NCBI GenBank assembly: GCA_041660505.1
Contig: JBAZWG010000001.1
Span: 477,776-541,775, forward strand
DNA: 64,000 nucleotides
Direction: 5' to 3'
Source of the DNA: Minisyncoccota bacterium
GTDB taxonomy: Bacteria > Patescibacteriota > Minisyncoccia > Phycocordibacterales > JACRKE01
Shown here: positions 19,687 to 27,731 of the stretch, piece after piece
How positions within the stretch are numbered: position 1 is the stretch's first letter
How the letters are laid out: every line of letters begins with the position of its first letter
Notes under the pieces: generated by a model
Told to the model about the DNA's origin: nothing
What the model saw: the letters and a program-made list of their open reading frames with translations, nothing else
The model's database searches: none
Translations under genes and position numbers: made by a program

Positions 19687-19742
19687 GCACTTCCGCCCTT
19701 CGGCGGACCCGCTGGGGCGGGAGACCGCTATGCGATCCCTCC
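19687..19742 (-). pseudogene. tRNA-Ser 5' fragment interrupted by the 30-nt element
   Basis: Minus strand GGAGGGATCGCATAGCGGTCT[30 nt]AGTGC versus intact GGAGGGATCGCATAGTTGGTCTAGTGC. Confidence 0.8.
19692..19721. repeat. 30-nt composite hairpin element, copy 2
   Basis: Identical direct repeat of 19261-19290. Confidence 0.9.
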
Positions 19743-19851
19743 CAGACCGCCTATATTAGCGAAAAGTGGACAATTAGTCTAGACACTCGCTAATGGCAGT
19801 GTTACGATTATATTATTAGCAAAAGATTATTAGTAATTAATTTAAAAAAGT

Positions 19852-20109
19852 ATGATGGGTTCATGTGATGGTAAGAATCACTGCGCGATGATGAAGTTGG
19901 GCCACTGGCTCATCCTCATCGGTGCTTTGAACTGGGGGGTGTTTGGTCTTGGTATGCTTGTGGGCAAGAGTGACACCTGGAACATTCTTCGAATGTTGCT
20001 CGGCAACATGCCGGTAGTGGAAGGTGTTGTTTATCTGCTGGTCGGTGTCTCCGCTGTGATGAAGCTCATCGGCTGTCACTGCAAGACCTGCTGTTCGGGT
20101 GTAAAATAA
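19852..20109 (+). CDS. DUF378 family small membrane protein
   Basis: LILIGALNWGVFG...VYLLVGVSAV. Confidence 0.85.
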   Translation: MMGSCDGKNHCAMMKLGHWLILIGALNWGVFGLGMLVGKSDTWNILRMLLGNMPVVEGVVYLLVGVSAVMKLIGCHCKTCCSGVK

Positions 20110-20124
20110 TAACAGAGAACAATT

Positions 20125-20155
20125 AGCACAAGGCCCCACAAGGGGCTTTTGTGCT
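20125..20155 (+). terminator. Hairpin/terminator after the DUF378 gene
   Basis: AGCACAAGGCCCC-ACAA-GGGGCTTTTGTGCT. Confidence 0.55.
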
Positions 20156-20167
20156 ATACTAAATACA

Positions 20168-20250
20168 GCCCCACCCCCAACCCCTCCCCGAAGGAGAGGG
20201 GTGTTGAAACGAGTATTCACCCTCTCCTTCGGGGAGGGAAAGGGAGGGGC
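20168..20250. mobile_element. Empty (non-autonomous) copy of the inverted-repeat element that carries DUF559 in tlyA
   Basis: Arms CCCCACCCCCAACCCCTCCCCGAAGGAGAGGGG and CCCTCTCCTTCGGGGAGGGAAAGGGAGGGG resemble 44186-44223 and 44601-44640. Confidence 0.75.
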
Positions 20251-20258
20251 GAATTTTT

Positions 20259-20708
20259 ATGAAATATCTAGGCGTGGATTATGGGACGAAGCGGATAGGC
20301 CTGGCCGTCTCGGATGATGAGGGGAGCATGGCCTTCCCCTATACTGTCGTACCGAACAGAGGCATCATGCATGCGGCCGATGATATCGTTATGGCTTGCC
20401 GGAATAAAAAGATAGACGCGATTGTCATCGGCGAGTCACTCAACTATGCGCTCGAGGATAATCCTATAATGAAGCACATTCGGACGCTCGCCCAGCATTT
20501 GAAGGATAAGATAAACCTGCCGATATTTTATGAAGACGAGACGCTGTCATCCGCCCATGCAGAACGTACGCAAGCCTGCCCGCCATCACTGCGTCGGCCA
20601 GAACAGGGCCGTTCACGCAGTGGGCGGGGTAAAAATGAATTATTAGACGCCTCCGCCGCGGCGATAATACTGAACAGCTTCTTGGAAAAGCAGAAGAATA
20701 AAAAATAG
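20259..20708 (+). CDS. ruvX: RuvX/YqgF pre-16S rRNA nuclease
   Basis: YLGVDYGTKRIGLAVSD, EDETLSS, LDASAAAIILNSFL. Confidence 0.93.
   Translation: MKYLGVDYGTKRIGLAVSDDEGSMAFPYTVVPNRGIMHAADDIVMACRNKKIDAIVIGESLNYALEDNPIMKHIRTLAQHLKDKINLPIFYEDETLSSAHAERTQACPPSLRRPEQGRSRSGRGKNELLDASAAAIILNSFLEKQKNKK
20579..20628. repeat. Palindromic insertion in-frame in ruvX
   Basis: cccgcc(at)cactgcgt-cggcc-agaacag-ggccg-ttc-acgcagtg-ggcggg, encoding PPSLRRPEQGRSRSGR. Confidence 0.7.
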
Positions 20709-20794
20709 AGAGGAATACGAATAGATATGCAACGGTCCCGGTAGCGCAAGCGCATACCGGGACCATTTTGTTGCGGGGGAGGGTCGAGCTATGC

Positions 20795-20968
20795 CTATGC
20801 CTCGACCTGGTGCTTCTTGTACTCGTTGATCATGAGGATCACGACCTCATGTTCAGCCCTGCCTGCCGCGACCTCGCGACGGGCCCTCTTCTCGAGCGAT
20901 CTCATGAGGCCGAATTGGCCCCGAGTTTCCGTGATGATCCCCATTTCCCGAAGAGCTTCCTGAAGCAT
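20795..20968 (-). CDS. Small hypothetical protein
   Basis: ORF MLQEALREMG... preceded by a GGAGG RBS; hairpin downstream at 20734-20764. Confidence 0.5.
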   Translation of the reverse strand: MLQEALREMGIITETRGQFGLMRSLEKRARREVAAGRAEHEVVILMINEYKKHQVEA

Positions 20969-21103
20969 CGTGTGCTTCCTCCTAATTAGTAGGTTCCCGC
21001 AACTGCGTGGTGTCGCAAGTAAGCGAAACCACTCGAGAACTAGTGTGAAATGATAACACATGTGGATAACTTACGCAAGTTGGATATCCACAACTTGTGA
21101 ATA

Positions 21104-21143
21104 TCCCCAACTCTAACTCCTAACTCCCATCTCCTAACTCCTA
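21104..21143 (+). repeat. CTCC(C/T)AA heptamer array (intergenic)
   Basis: tccccaactctaactcctaactcccatctcctaactccta. Confidence 0.8.
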
Positions 21144-21162
21144 TTTGTAGTATACTAAAGTC

Positions 21163-22245
21163 ATGAAGTCTTCTTTCAGCGCTTTTTTTCCTTTGCCCAA
21201 TAGTTTGGTCCGGCCGGCTGTGGGCTTGGATGTCTCTGATGAATCTATCAAGCTTATCGAGCTGTCGTACGCAGGGGGACAGGCGAGGCTCAAGCAGTTT
21301 GCCGAGCTACCGATACCGCCCGGTGCCATCGTGGCGGGGCAGATCAAACAGCCGGCCGACCTGACGATGGTGCTAGCCTCTATACGCAAGAGATATAATA
21401 TTTTCCAAGCGAATGTGTCGTTGCCGGAAGAATTAACTTATGTTACTAAAGTTCGCGTAGCGCTAGCACCCAAGGTGGATATTCGCGAGCAGATAGGATT
21501 GCATTTGGACGAATACGTACCTCTTCCTCCGCAAGAAACGGAATTTGATTTTGAACTAATCGCCGAGCAGGGCGACAGTATTGACTGCGCAGTGGTTGCT
21601 CTGCCGAGAGAGACGGTCACCAGCTATCTCGGCGCCTTTAAAGAGTCGGGGATAGAGCCGTTGGCATTTGAGATCGAAGCGCAAGCCGTGGCACGGTCGC
21701 TAATAAAGTCGGACGACACCGATACGATAATGACAGTGGACTTCGGCAAGGCAAGGACGGGCCTGGCGATAGTGAGCGAAGGCCGAGTGCTTTTCTCGGC
21801 GACACTGCCCTTTGGTGGCAGATACAATACTAATATCGTCATGCAGATGGAGAAACTTGATGAGGCCAAGGCGGAGGCGCTCAAGCGTAACTCCGGCTTG
21901 TCGCGTGCGTCCGGCCACGAAGAATTATACTCCATGCTCCTATCTCACATTTCCGTTTTGCGCGACGAGATGAACAAGTACCTCCTATTCTGGGGTTCTC
22001 ACAAGAAGGAGGGTGAGGCCGATCCCAAACCGGTCAACAGAATAATTCTCGCCGGTGGTGAATCAAACCTGCTCGGGTTGCCGGAATACCTGTCGGCCAC
22101 GCTGGGTCTTAAGGTGGTGATGGGGAATCCCTGGATCAATGCGTTCTCGCTTGATGAATATATCCCGCCGATCGAACAGCCGGCCTCGCTCCGGTACGCG
22201 ACAGCTATCGGGCTCGCCTTGCGCGCCAACGTAATTTTCTCCTAA
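21163..22245 (+). CDS. pilM: Type IV pilus assembly protein PilM
   Basis: VGLDVSDESIKLIEL, VDFGKARTG, IILAGGESNLLGL, GNPWIN, YATAIGLALR actin-like motifs. Confidence 0.92.
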   Translation: MKSSFSAFFPLPNSLVRPAVGLDVSDESIKLIELSYAGGQARLKQFAELPIPPGAIVAGQIKQPADLTMVLASIRKRYNIFQANVSLPEELTYVTKVRVALAPKVDIREQIGLHLDEYVPLPPQETEFDFELIAEQGDSIDCAVVALPRETVTSYLGAFKESGIEPLAFEIEAQAVARSLIKSDDTDTIMTVDFGKARTGLAIVSEGRVLFSATLPFGGRYNTNIVMQMEKLDEAKAEALKRNSGLSRASGHEELYSMLLSHISVLRDEMNKYLLFWGSHKKEGEADPKPVNRIILAGGESNLLGLPEYLSATLGLKVVMGNPWINAFSLDEYIPPIEQPASLRYATAIGLALRANVIFS

Positions 22246-22260
22246 ATCATTCGTATCTCC

Positions 22261-22875
22261 ATGATCATAAACCTGCTTCCGGAAGAAGAAAAGAAATCAT
22301 TAAAACGGCGCTATTATGCGAGAATGTTTCTTGTCGGCTCAATGCTCTTTACTGCAATCATTTTTGCGGCCATACTTAGTTTGCTCCCGCCGATAATCCA
22401 ACTTAACTACGCGATAATCGGCCCTGCGCATCAGCAAGCAGCTGCGGCGAAATCCAGGGAAGCTAACGCGACCTCCACTACCCTGGCCGCAATCGTAAGT
22501 GAGATAAAAGATGTAAACGCGAAGATTGCGATAGTGAACGGTATGCCAGGAAAAATGCCTACAGGGGCAAATGTTACGAAGCAATCGGTCTTGATCTCGC
22601 GGATAATCGATTCATTGGCGCGAGCAAGCCAAGTCGCCCATGCCAAAGTAACGATATCTAATTGGCACTTCAACCGATACCCTGCCGACCCTAGCACCAA
22701 GACCCCGGCGGGCTATAATATTTCTGTCTCCGGCGTGGCGGCGACTCGAGAAGTCTTGCTTGCTTTAACCAAAGAGCTCGGGCGCAACGAGGGTATTATT
22801 GCAGTCGACAATCCTATTGCGAATTATGTCCCGGGCAAGAACAGCTCATTCGTCATCTCGCTAATCGCACGATAG
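22261..22875 (+). CDS. PilN-like protein
   Basis: MIINLLP N-terminal PilM-binding motif, TM helix, SGVAATRE; follows pilM. Confidence 0.8.
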   Translation: MIINLLPEEEKKSLKRRYYARMFLVGSMLFTAIIFAAILSLLPPIIQLNYAIIGPAHQQAAAAKSREANATSTTLAAIVSEIKDVNAKIAIVNGMPGKMPTGANVTKQSVLISRIIDSLARASQVAHAKVTISNWHFNRYPADPSTKTPAGYNISVSGVAATREVLLALTKELGRNEGIIAVDNPIANYVPGKNSSFVISLIAR

Positions 22876-22879
22876 TTAT

Positions 22880-23437
22880 ATGAAGATCGATTCGTACAAA
22901 ATAATATATTTAAAAATGGCGCTGTTCGTTGTCGTCCCGCTCCTGCTTTATGGGATGGTCTTTCGAACTTTGCTTAATGCGCGCGGAGAGGCGGAGAAGA
23001 TACAGACTGCGAACGCATTCGAAGAGGATACCCACTCATTGCGCGTCGCTCTCAAAGCGGCAATGGATAATTCGCTTGAAGATAGGAGTAAAATAGAAAC
23101 TCATTTTGTACGCAAGGATGATATCGTCAACTTCATCAATAATTTGGAAAAGTTAGGAAATGATAACGGTGTCGTGGCGAACGTGAGCTCGCTTGGAGAA
23201 TTATGGCAAGATCAGAATAGCGGGTCGCTGGCCATTTCTCTCCATGTCGCGGGAACTTTTACTGACGTGTACAATTATCTCCTTCTGCTTGAAGAGACAC
23301 CGCAGAAATTGACGCTTGACGACATCCAGCTGATAGCTGGGGACAGCGGAGCGCCGACGACAATAAAAGCGTTAGGCCCGCATACGAGTATCTGGACAGC
23401 CGACATTCGCGCTACGGTCGTACACTATATTAAATAG
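22880..23437 (+). CDS. PilO-like protein
   Basis: TM, coiled coil, GTFTDVYNYLLLLEETP ferredoxin-like motif; synteny. Confidence 0.75.
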   Translation: MKIDSYKIIYLKMALFVVVPLLLYGMVFRTLLNARGEAEKIQTANAFEEDTHSLRVALKAAMDNSLEDRSKIETHFVRKDDIVNFINNLEKLGNDNGVVANVSSLGELWQDQNSGSLAISLHVAGTFTDVYNYLLLLEETPQKLTLDDIQLIAGDSGAPTTIKALGPHTSIWTADIRATVVHYIK

Positions 23438-23439
23438 AC

Positions 23440-23763
23440 ATGTTTAAAAATCCATTTACTAGACAAGTAAGAGCAACACATGGCCGGCACGAGAGGCCGT
23501 GGGGTGGTATCTACGCGCAGCGTATTTGGAAGTGGATGCTCCTGGCGACGCTTATAATCTTCTGCCTCTTTGAATGGGCGCATTTGCAGATATATCGTTA
23601 TTATACGCGCCCGGTCTCCATCTCTGTTAAGGCGATAACTAAGGAGGTTGTGAATCTGGACCGCGCCGGTCTCGATATGGCCGTATCTAGCATAAAAGAT
23701 AAAGAAGTGATGTTCAACCAGTACCTCAAACAAAAGGTCCAGATAACCGACCCGGCGCAGTAG
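23440..23763 (+). CDS. Hypothetical membrane protein of the pil operon (PilP position)
   Basis: One TM helix, C-terminal DP motif, co-oriented. Confidence 0.55.
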   Translation: MFKNPFTRQVRATHGRHERPWGGIYAQRIWKWMLLATLIIFCLFEWAHLQIYRYYTRPVSISVKAITKEVVNLDRAGLDMAVSSIKDKEVMFNQYLKQKVQITDPAQ

Positions 23764-23802
23764 TGTACTTATTTCGAAAGTTATTGTATTGTAATGCGGT
23801 GT

Positions 23803-23874
23803 GCCCCCGTAGCTCAATGGATAGAGCAGCGCTCTTCTAAGGCGTTGATGTGAGTTCGATTCTTACCGGGGGCG
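23803..23874 (+). tRNA. tRNA-Arg(TCT)
   Basis: GCCCCCG acceptor, AGCTCAATGGATAGAGC, CTTCTAA loop, GTTCGATTC. Confidence 0.94.
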
Positions 23875-23885
23875 AACGAAGTTTC

Positions 23886-24572
23886 CTACGATTCGAATTC
23901 GCTTGCCGACATGAACGGGCAGACGCAGGAAGGTTTGTGGCAAGTGGCGCAATTGTTGTGATACACCTTCGCTATTTCTTCAGCGATATTGATACCGGCA
24001 GAATTGGCGACATCGAACATACAGGAGATAAGGTCGGCGAATTCTATCTCAAGTTTCGCCAAATGCTTCTCGTCGTGAATGGAATAATATTGATTGACAG
24101 CTTCGCTGAATTCTCCTGTCTCTTCAGCCAAGTGGATGCCGGCTTGGTCGAGAGTACGATCAGATTTGGGATAAATAGCATCGAGTTCTGCTTGGGAGGC
24201 GGCGAGAGTGCGAGGCTTTTTGCCGATAGAGTGCAGGCCTTTCACTCTTGTCTCGACATGTTTGCTTTTGCAGATGCATGGCCGCTTGCCGCAGTATGAG
24301 CAACAGCCGGGGAATCTCTTCCAGAGCATATCGCTTGCGTCGATGTGCAAGCGATTGGCAATCGACATCACCCAAGAAAACGAGAAGAGCAAATTAATGC
24401 GCAACTTCTCGACATCATTTTTCCTGATGCCTTTGATGGCTCGCATGGCGAAGATTGCTTGATTGTCTACCAGTTCGAAAAGAGAGAATTTTTGATCTTC
24501 AGAGACACCATAAACAGTAGAGACGAATTCTTGTAAGTCTGCAATTGAGCCGTTCTTGAGGAAAGAAGCCAT
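23886..24572 (-). CDS. MazG-like nucleotide pyrophosphohydrolase (duplicated domain, Cys motifs)
   Basis: HLAEETGEFSEAV...EIEFADL; two CxxC...CxC motifs. Confidence 0.75.
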   Translation of the reverse strand: MASFLKNGSIADLQEFVSTVYGVSEDQKFSLFELVDNQAIFAMRAIKGIRKNDVEKLRINLLFSFSWVMSIANRLHIDASDMLWKRFPGCCSYCGKRPCICKSKHVETRVKGLHSIGKKPRTLAASQAELDAIYPKSDRTLDQAGIHLAEETGEFSEAVNQYYSIHDEKHLAKLEIEFADLISCMFDVANSAGINIAEEIAKVYHNNCATCHKPSCVCPFMSASEFES

Positions 24573-24645
24573 CGCACTTGTATTATCCCACTCCTACCGA
24601 ATTTTGCAAGTACCTCAAAATTTGCTACTATAAAGCCTTGTATCC

Positions 24646-24718
24646 GCGCGGTTAGCTCAGTTGGTAGAGCAGGGCTTTTACACAGCCAAGGTCAGGGGTC
24701 CGAGTCCCTTACCGCGCA
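24646..24718 (+). tRNA. tRNA-Val(TAC)
   Basis: GCGCGGT acceptor, AGCTCAGTTGGTAGAGC, TTTACAC loop; T-loop reads TCCGAGT. Confidence 0.9.
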
Positions 24719-24725
24719 CTTTATT

Positions 24726-25796
24726 ATGGAAAAGAAAGATTATCCCATATTGCTCACACGACATCTTGAGGCGCTTAAAGCCGAGTGGAAGATTGCGTCT
24801 GCCGAGATAATAGAGTCTTGTCGTGCTATCTATCTCGAGGGGAGCGGGCTTGCCAATGAGTTCGCGCGGTTTCTCGAAGCACCGGGCAAGTTCATCCGGC
24901 CGAGCATGTTCTTGTTCGGGTACCGACTTGGCGGAAACGAGCCGGACGAAAAGCTAATACGCCTCGCGCTCGCCTTCGAACTTCTGCATACATACCTGCT
25001 TATACACGACGACATTATGGACGCGTCCGATTTGCGCCGAGGCGTACCGAGCGTTCATCGTTTGTGCGAAGCGTATCATAAAAAAGAAAAATTTCGTGGT
25101 GACAGCGCCTATTTCGGCGTCAGTATGGCTATTTTGTTCGGTGATATTATATCTTCAAAAGCTATTCAACTTTGGTCAGAAGCCGAAGTGGCGGGCGCAT
25201 CGTTGCCGAAAGCGCGCGCAACCTTCGACGCAATGCATGTTGAGGTGTGTTTGGGGCAGTATCTGGATCTCATGTCTCCGGCCGGTTCAAAGGTTCCGTC
25301 TCGAGATATTGTGGCGCAGATAATGGAAGAGAAGACGAGTAAGTACACAATGACCGCACCGCTCACAAGCGGGCTCTTGATGATTGATGCGCCCAGCGAA
25401 TGGGTGCGCGACTTTGGGACCAATCTAGGCATTGCTTACCAAGTAGCCGATGATATTCTAGGCGTCTACGGAGACCCGAGGGTAACAGGGAAGTCGGCAG
25501 ACTCCGATATCCGCGAAGGCAAAGCCACGTTCCTTGTTTGGTCAGTGCTAGAGTCTGCAACTTCTGACGACAAACAGACAGTTATAGAGTTTTATACCGG
25601 CAACGATAGAAGTGATGATGCTGTCCTGCGGGTGAAAAATCTTTTTGATAAATATGATGCGCGCGCGAAAGCCGGAGCGATTGCATCAGAGTATATGAGC
25701 AAGGCACTTGATGTCCTGACAAACGCACCGATCTCCGATATTGCAAAAGACGAGCTCAAAATATTTTCAAAGTTCGTCGTAGAAAGAAACAAATAA
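24726..25796 (+). CDS. Polyprenyl (trans-isoprenyl) diphosphate synthase
   Basis: GKFIRP, ELLHTYLLIHDDIMD..DLRRG, GQYLD, KT, YQVADDILG, GK..DSDIREGK. Confidence 0.93.
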   Translation: MEKKDYPILLTRHLEALKAEWKIASAEIIESCRAIYLEGSGLANEFARFLEAPGKFIRPSMFLFGYRLGGNEPDEKLIRLALAFELLHTYLLIHDDIMDASDLRRGVPSVHRLCEAYHKKEKFRGDSAYFGVSMAILFGDIISSKAIQLWSEAEVAGASLPKARATFDAMHVEVCLGQYLDLMSPAGSKVPSRDIVAQIMEEKTSKYTMTAPLTSGLLMIDAPSEWVRDFGTNLGIAYQVADDILGVYGDPRVTGKSADSDIREGKATFLVWSVLESATSDDKQTVIEFYTGNDRSDDAVLRVKNLFDKYDARAKAGAIASEYMSKALDVLTNAPISDIAKDELKIFSKFVVERNK

Positions 25797-25797
25797 T

Positions 25798-26496
25798 ATG
25801 CAACCAGAAAAAATCCCAACCAGTGTCGGTATTATTATTGATGGCAACCGTCGTTGGGCGAAGGCTCACAGCCTCCTGCCGTGGCAGGGGCACGAAGCCG
25901 GATATAAAAAAGTAAAAGAGGTGGTCGCATGGCTTCGCGACGCCGGCGTAAAAGATATCGTCGCCTATACCTTCTCGACAGAGAACTGGAAGCGCCCGGA
26001 ACAAGAAGTTTCTTTTCTTATTAAGCTTATCGAACATGTGCTCGTGAACGAGTTGGATTGGGCGAATCAAGAAGGCATACGACTTCGAGGTGTCGGTGAT
26101 ATGACTAAGTTTTCCGAACAAGTTCAGAAGCTCGTAAAAAATGCCGAAGAGAAAACGAAAAATAATAGTCGCATCACGTTAGGGATAGCATTGAACTACG
26201 GCGGTCGAGCAGAAATTTTACAGGCCGTGAACAAGCTACTTACTGTGCGAGGTTCAACCTCGCACAGTCTTGTTACTGAAGAGGAATTTTCCAAACTGCT
26301 TTATACAAAAGATATTCCGGATCCTGATCTGATATTGCGCACGAGCGGGGAACAACGTCTCTCTAACTTCCTCCCATGGCAATCAACCTACAGCGAACTT
26401 TTTTTCTTGCCTAAAATGTTTCCGGATCTGACGAAGGAAGATGTAACGAATGTCCTTGCAGAATATTCTGCACGTGATCGCAGAAGGGGAAAGTAG
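25798..26496 (+). CDS. uppS: Undecaprenyl diphosphate synthase
   Basis: IIDGNRRWA, YTFSTENWKRP, NYGGRAEI, RTSGEQRLSNFLPWQ. Confidence 0.96.
   Translation: MQPEKIPTSVGIIIDGNRRWAKAHSLLPWQGHEAGYKKVKEVVAWLRDAGVKDIVAYTFSTENWKRPEQEVSFLIKLIEHVLVNELDWANQEGIRLRGVGDMTKFSEQVQKLVKNAEEKTKNNSRITLGIALNYGGRAEILQAVNKLLTVRGSTSHSLVTEEEFSKLLYTKDIPDPDLILRTSGEQRLSNFLPWQSTYSELFFLPKMFPDLTKEDVTNVLAEYSARDRRRGK
26242..26268. repeat. 27-nt perfect palindrome with AGGTTCAACCT core, in-frame in uppS
   Basis: actgtgcgaggtt-c-aacctcgcacagt = TVRGSTSHS. Confidence 0.85.
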
Positions 26497-26497
26497 A

Positions 26498-27196
26498 ATG
26501 AAGCGGATAAAAATAATTTTTGAAAATAAAGATTTGCTGGTAATTGACAAGCCGGCGGGGTATTTGTCGCACGGCGACGAGAAGAGCAAGGGGTCAGACG
26601 TGGCAAGTTGGTTCGCGAAGAACTATCCCAAGTCTGCAAAAGTTGGGGACGACGGTAGGGCGGGGATAGTTCATCGCCTAGACAAAGATACTTCCGGCGT
26701 GATGCTCTTGGCAAAGACGCCGGAGATGTTTACGTATCTGAAGCAGAGTTTCGAAACTAAAGATATAGAGAAAACGTACCTTGCCATAACCTACGGTGTG
26801 GTAAAAGACGAGCAGGGGATGATAGACCGGCCTATTGGCAGAAGCTCGCACGACGCGCGGCTCCGCCGGACCGGTGCCGACGCCGACGGCAAACAGCGCA
26901 ATGCGCTCACGTATTACAAAGTGCTGGAACGATTCCCGCAGAATACTTATCTCGAAGTGCACCCCAAGTCTGGTCGCACACATCAGGTGCGTGTACACCT
27001 CAAATCTATCGGCAAGCCGATACTCTGCGACATGTTGTATGCACCGGGCAAGGCATGCATGCCCGAAATGGGCAGGCAAGCCCTGCACGCATCAGAAATA
27101 ACATTCGCACTGCCGAATGGAGCGAAAAAGAGCTTCAAGTCACCCCTGCCGGACGACTTCAAAAAGACGCTTGAAAAGCTCCGAAAGATGTGTTAG
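26498..27196 (+). CDS. RluA/RluD family pseudouridine synthase
   Basis: DKPAG, GIVHRLDKDTSG, GRTHQVRVH, LHA. Confidence 0.93.
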   Translation: MKRIKIIFENKDLLVIDKPAGYLSHGDEKSKGSDVASWFAKNYPKSAKVGDDGRAGIVHRLDKDTSGVMLLAKTPEMFTYLKQSFETKDIEKTYLAITYGVVKDEQGMIDRPIGRSSHDARLRRTGADADGKQRNALTYYKVLERFPQNTYLEVHPKSGRTHQVRVHLKSIGKPILCDMLYAPGKACMPEMGRQALHASEITFALPNGAKKSFKSPLPDDFKKTLEKLRKMC

Positions 27197-27203
27197 GATT
27201 CCA

Positions 27204-27239
27204 AAGGTTCAACCTTAAGCACCAAAAAGGTTGAACCTT
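27204..27239. repeat. AGG-N5-CCT palindromic element (intergenic)
   Basis: aaggttcaacctt-aagcaccaaa-aaggttgaacctt. Confidence 0.85.
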
Positions 27240-27257
27240 AAAAATTTAAAAACCCCA

Positions 27258-27662
27258 ATGATTCCCGTCATTTCACCCGTCAATATAGAAGAACGCCGCA
27301 AACTCGACTTTCGAGCCGGCGACACCGTCCGCGTGACCGTCAAGATCGTAGAAGGCAAGAAGGTTCGTCTCCAAGCGTTCGAGGGTATCTGTATTGCTCG
27401 AAAGCACGGCACCGAGCCGGGCGCCTCGTTCACTATCCGCAAGATCGCCTCCGGCGTCGGCATGGAGAAAATCTTCCCTTTGTACGCTCCCGTCATCGAC
27501 AACATTAAAGTTATCAAGCGTTCCAAGACTCGCCGCTCCAAGCTCTACTTCATCCGCGACAAAGCAACGCGCGAAGTGACCAAGAAGATGAGCAAGATCC
27601 GCGCCGGCAAAGAGTCCGAGCCCTTGCCCGAAGAAGCTCCTGCTGAAGCGGTCGCGGCATAA
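27258..27662 (+). CDS. rplS: 50S ribosomal protein L19
   Basis: FRAGDTVRV..KIVEG...RLQAFEG, FTIRKIASGVGMEKIFP, RRSKLYFIR. Confidence 0.97.
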   Translation: MIPVISPVNIEERRKLDFRAGDTVRVTVKIVEGKKVRLQAFEGICIARKHGTEPGASFTIRKIASGVGMEKIFPLYAPVIDNIKVIKRSKTRRSKLYFIRDKATREVTKKMSKIRAGKESEPLPEEAPAEAVAA

Positions 27663-27731
27663 GACAAAATAGAAACCAAGAATAGCCCGTAAGGGCTTTT
27701 TCTTTTCGCCTCGCTGTGTAATACTTTCTAA

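Noticed and set aside
19261-19721. Two identical 30-nt repeats as a CRISPR array
   Set aside because: Only two copies about 400 nt apart, enclosing a tRNA and an ORF; no cas genes; no CRISPR array seen anywhere in the window
21061-21103. DnaA-box-like motifs (TGTGGATAA, ATATCCACA) as a possible oriC
   Set aside because: Only one perfect box, no dnaA/dnaN nearby and no clear unwinding element; another isolated box occurs at 30474-30482
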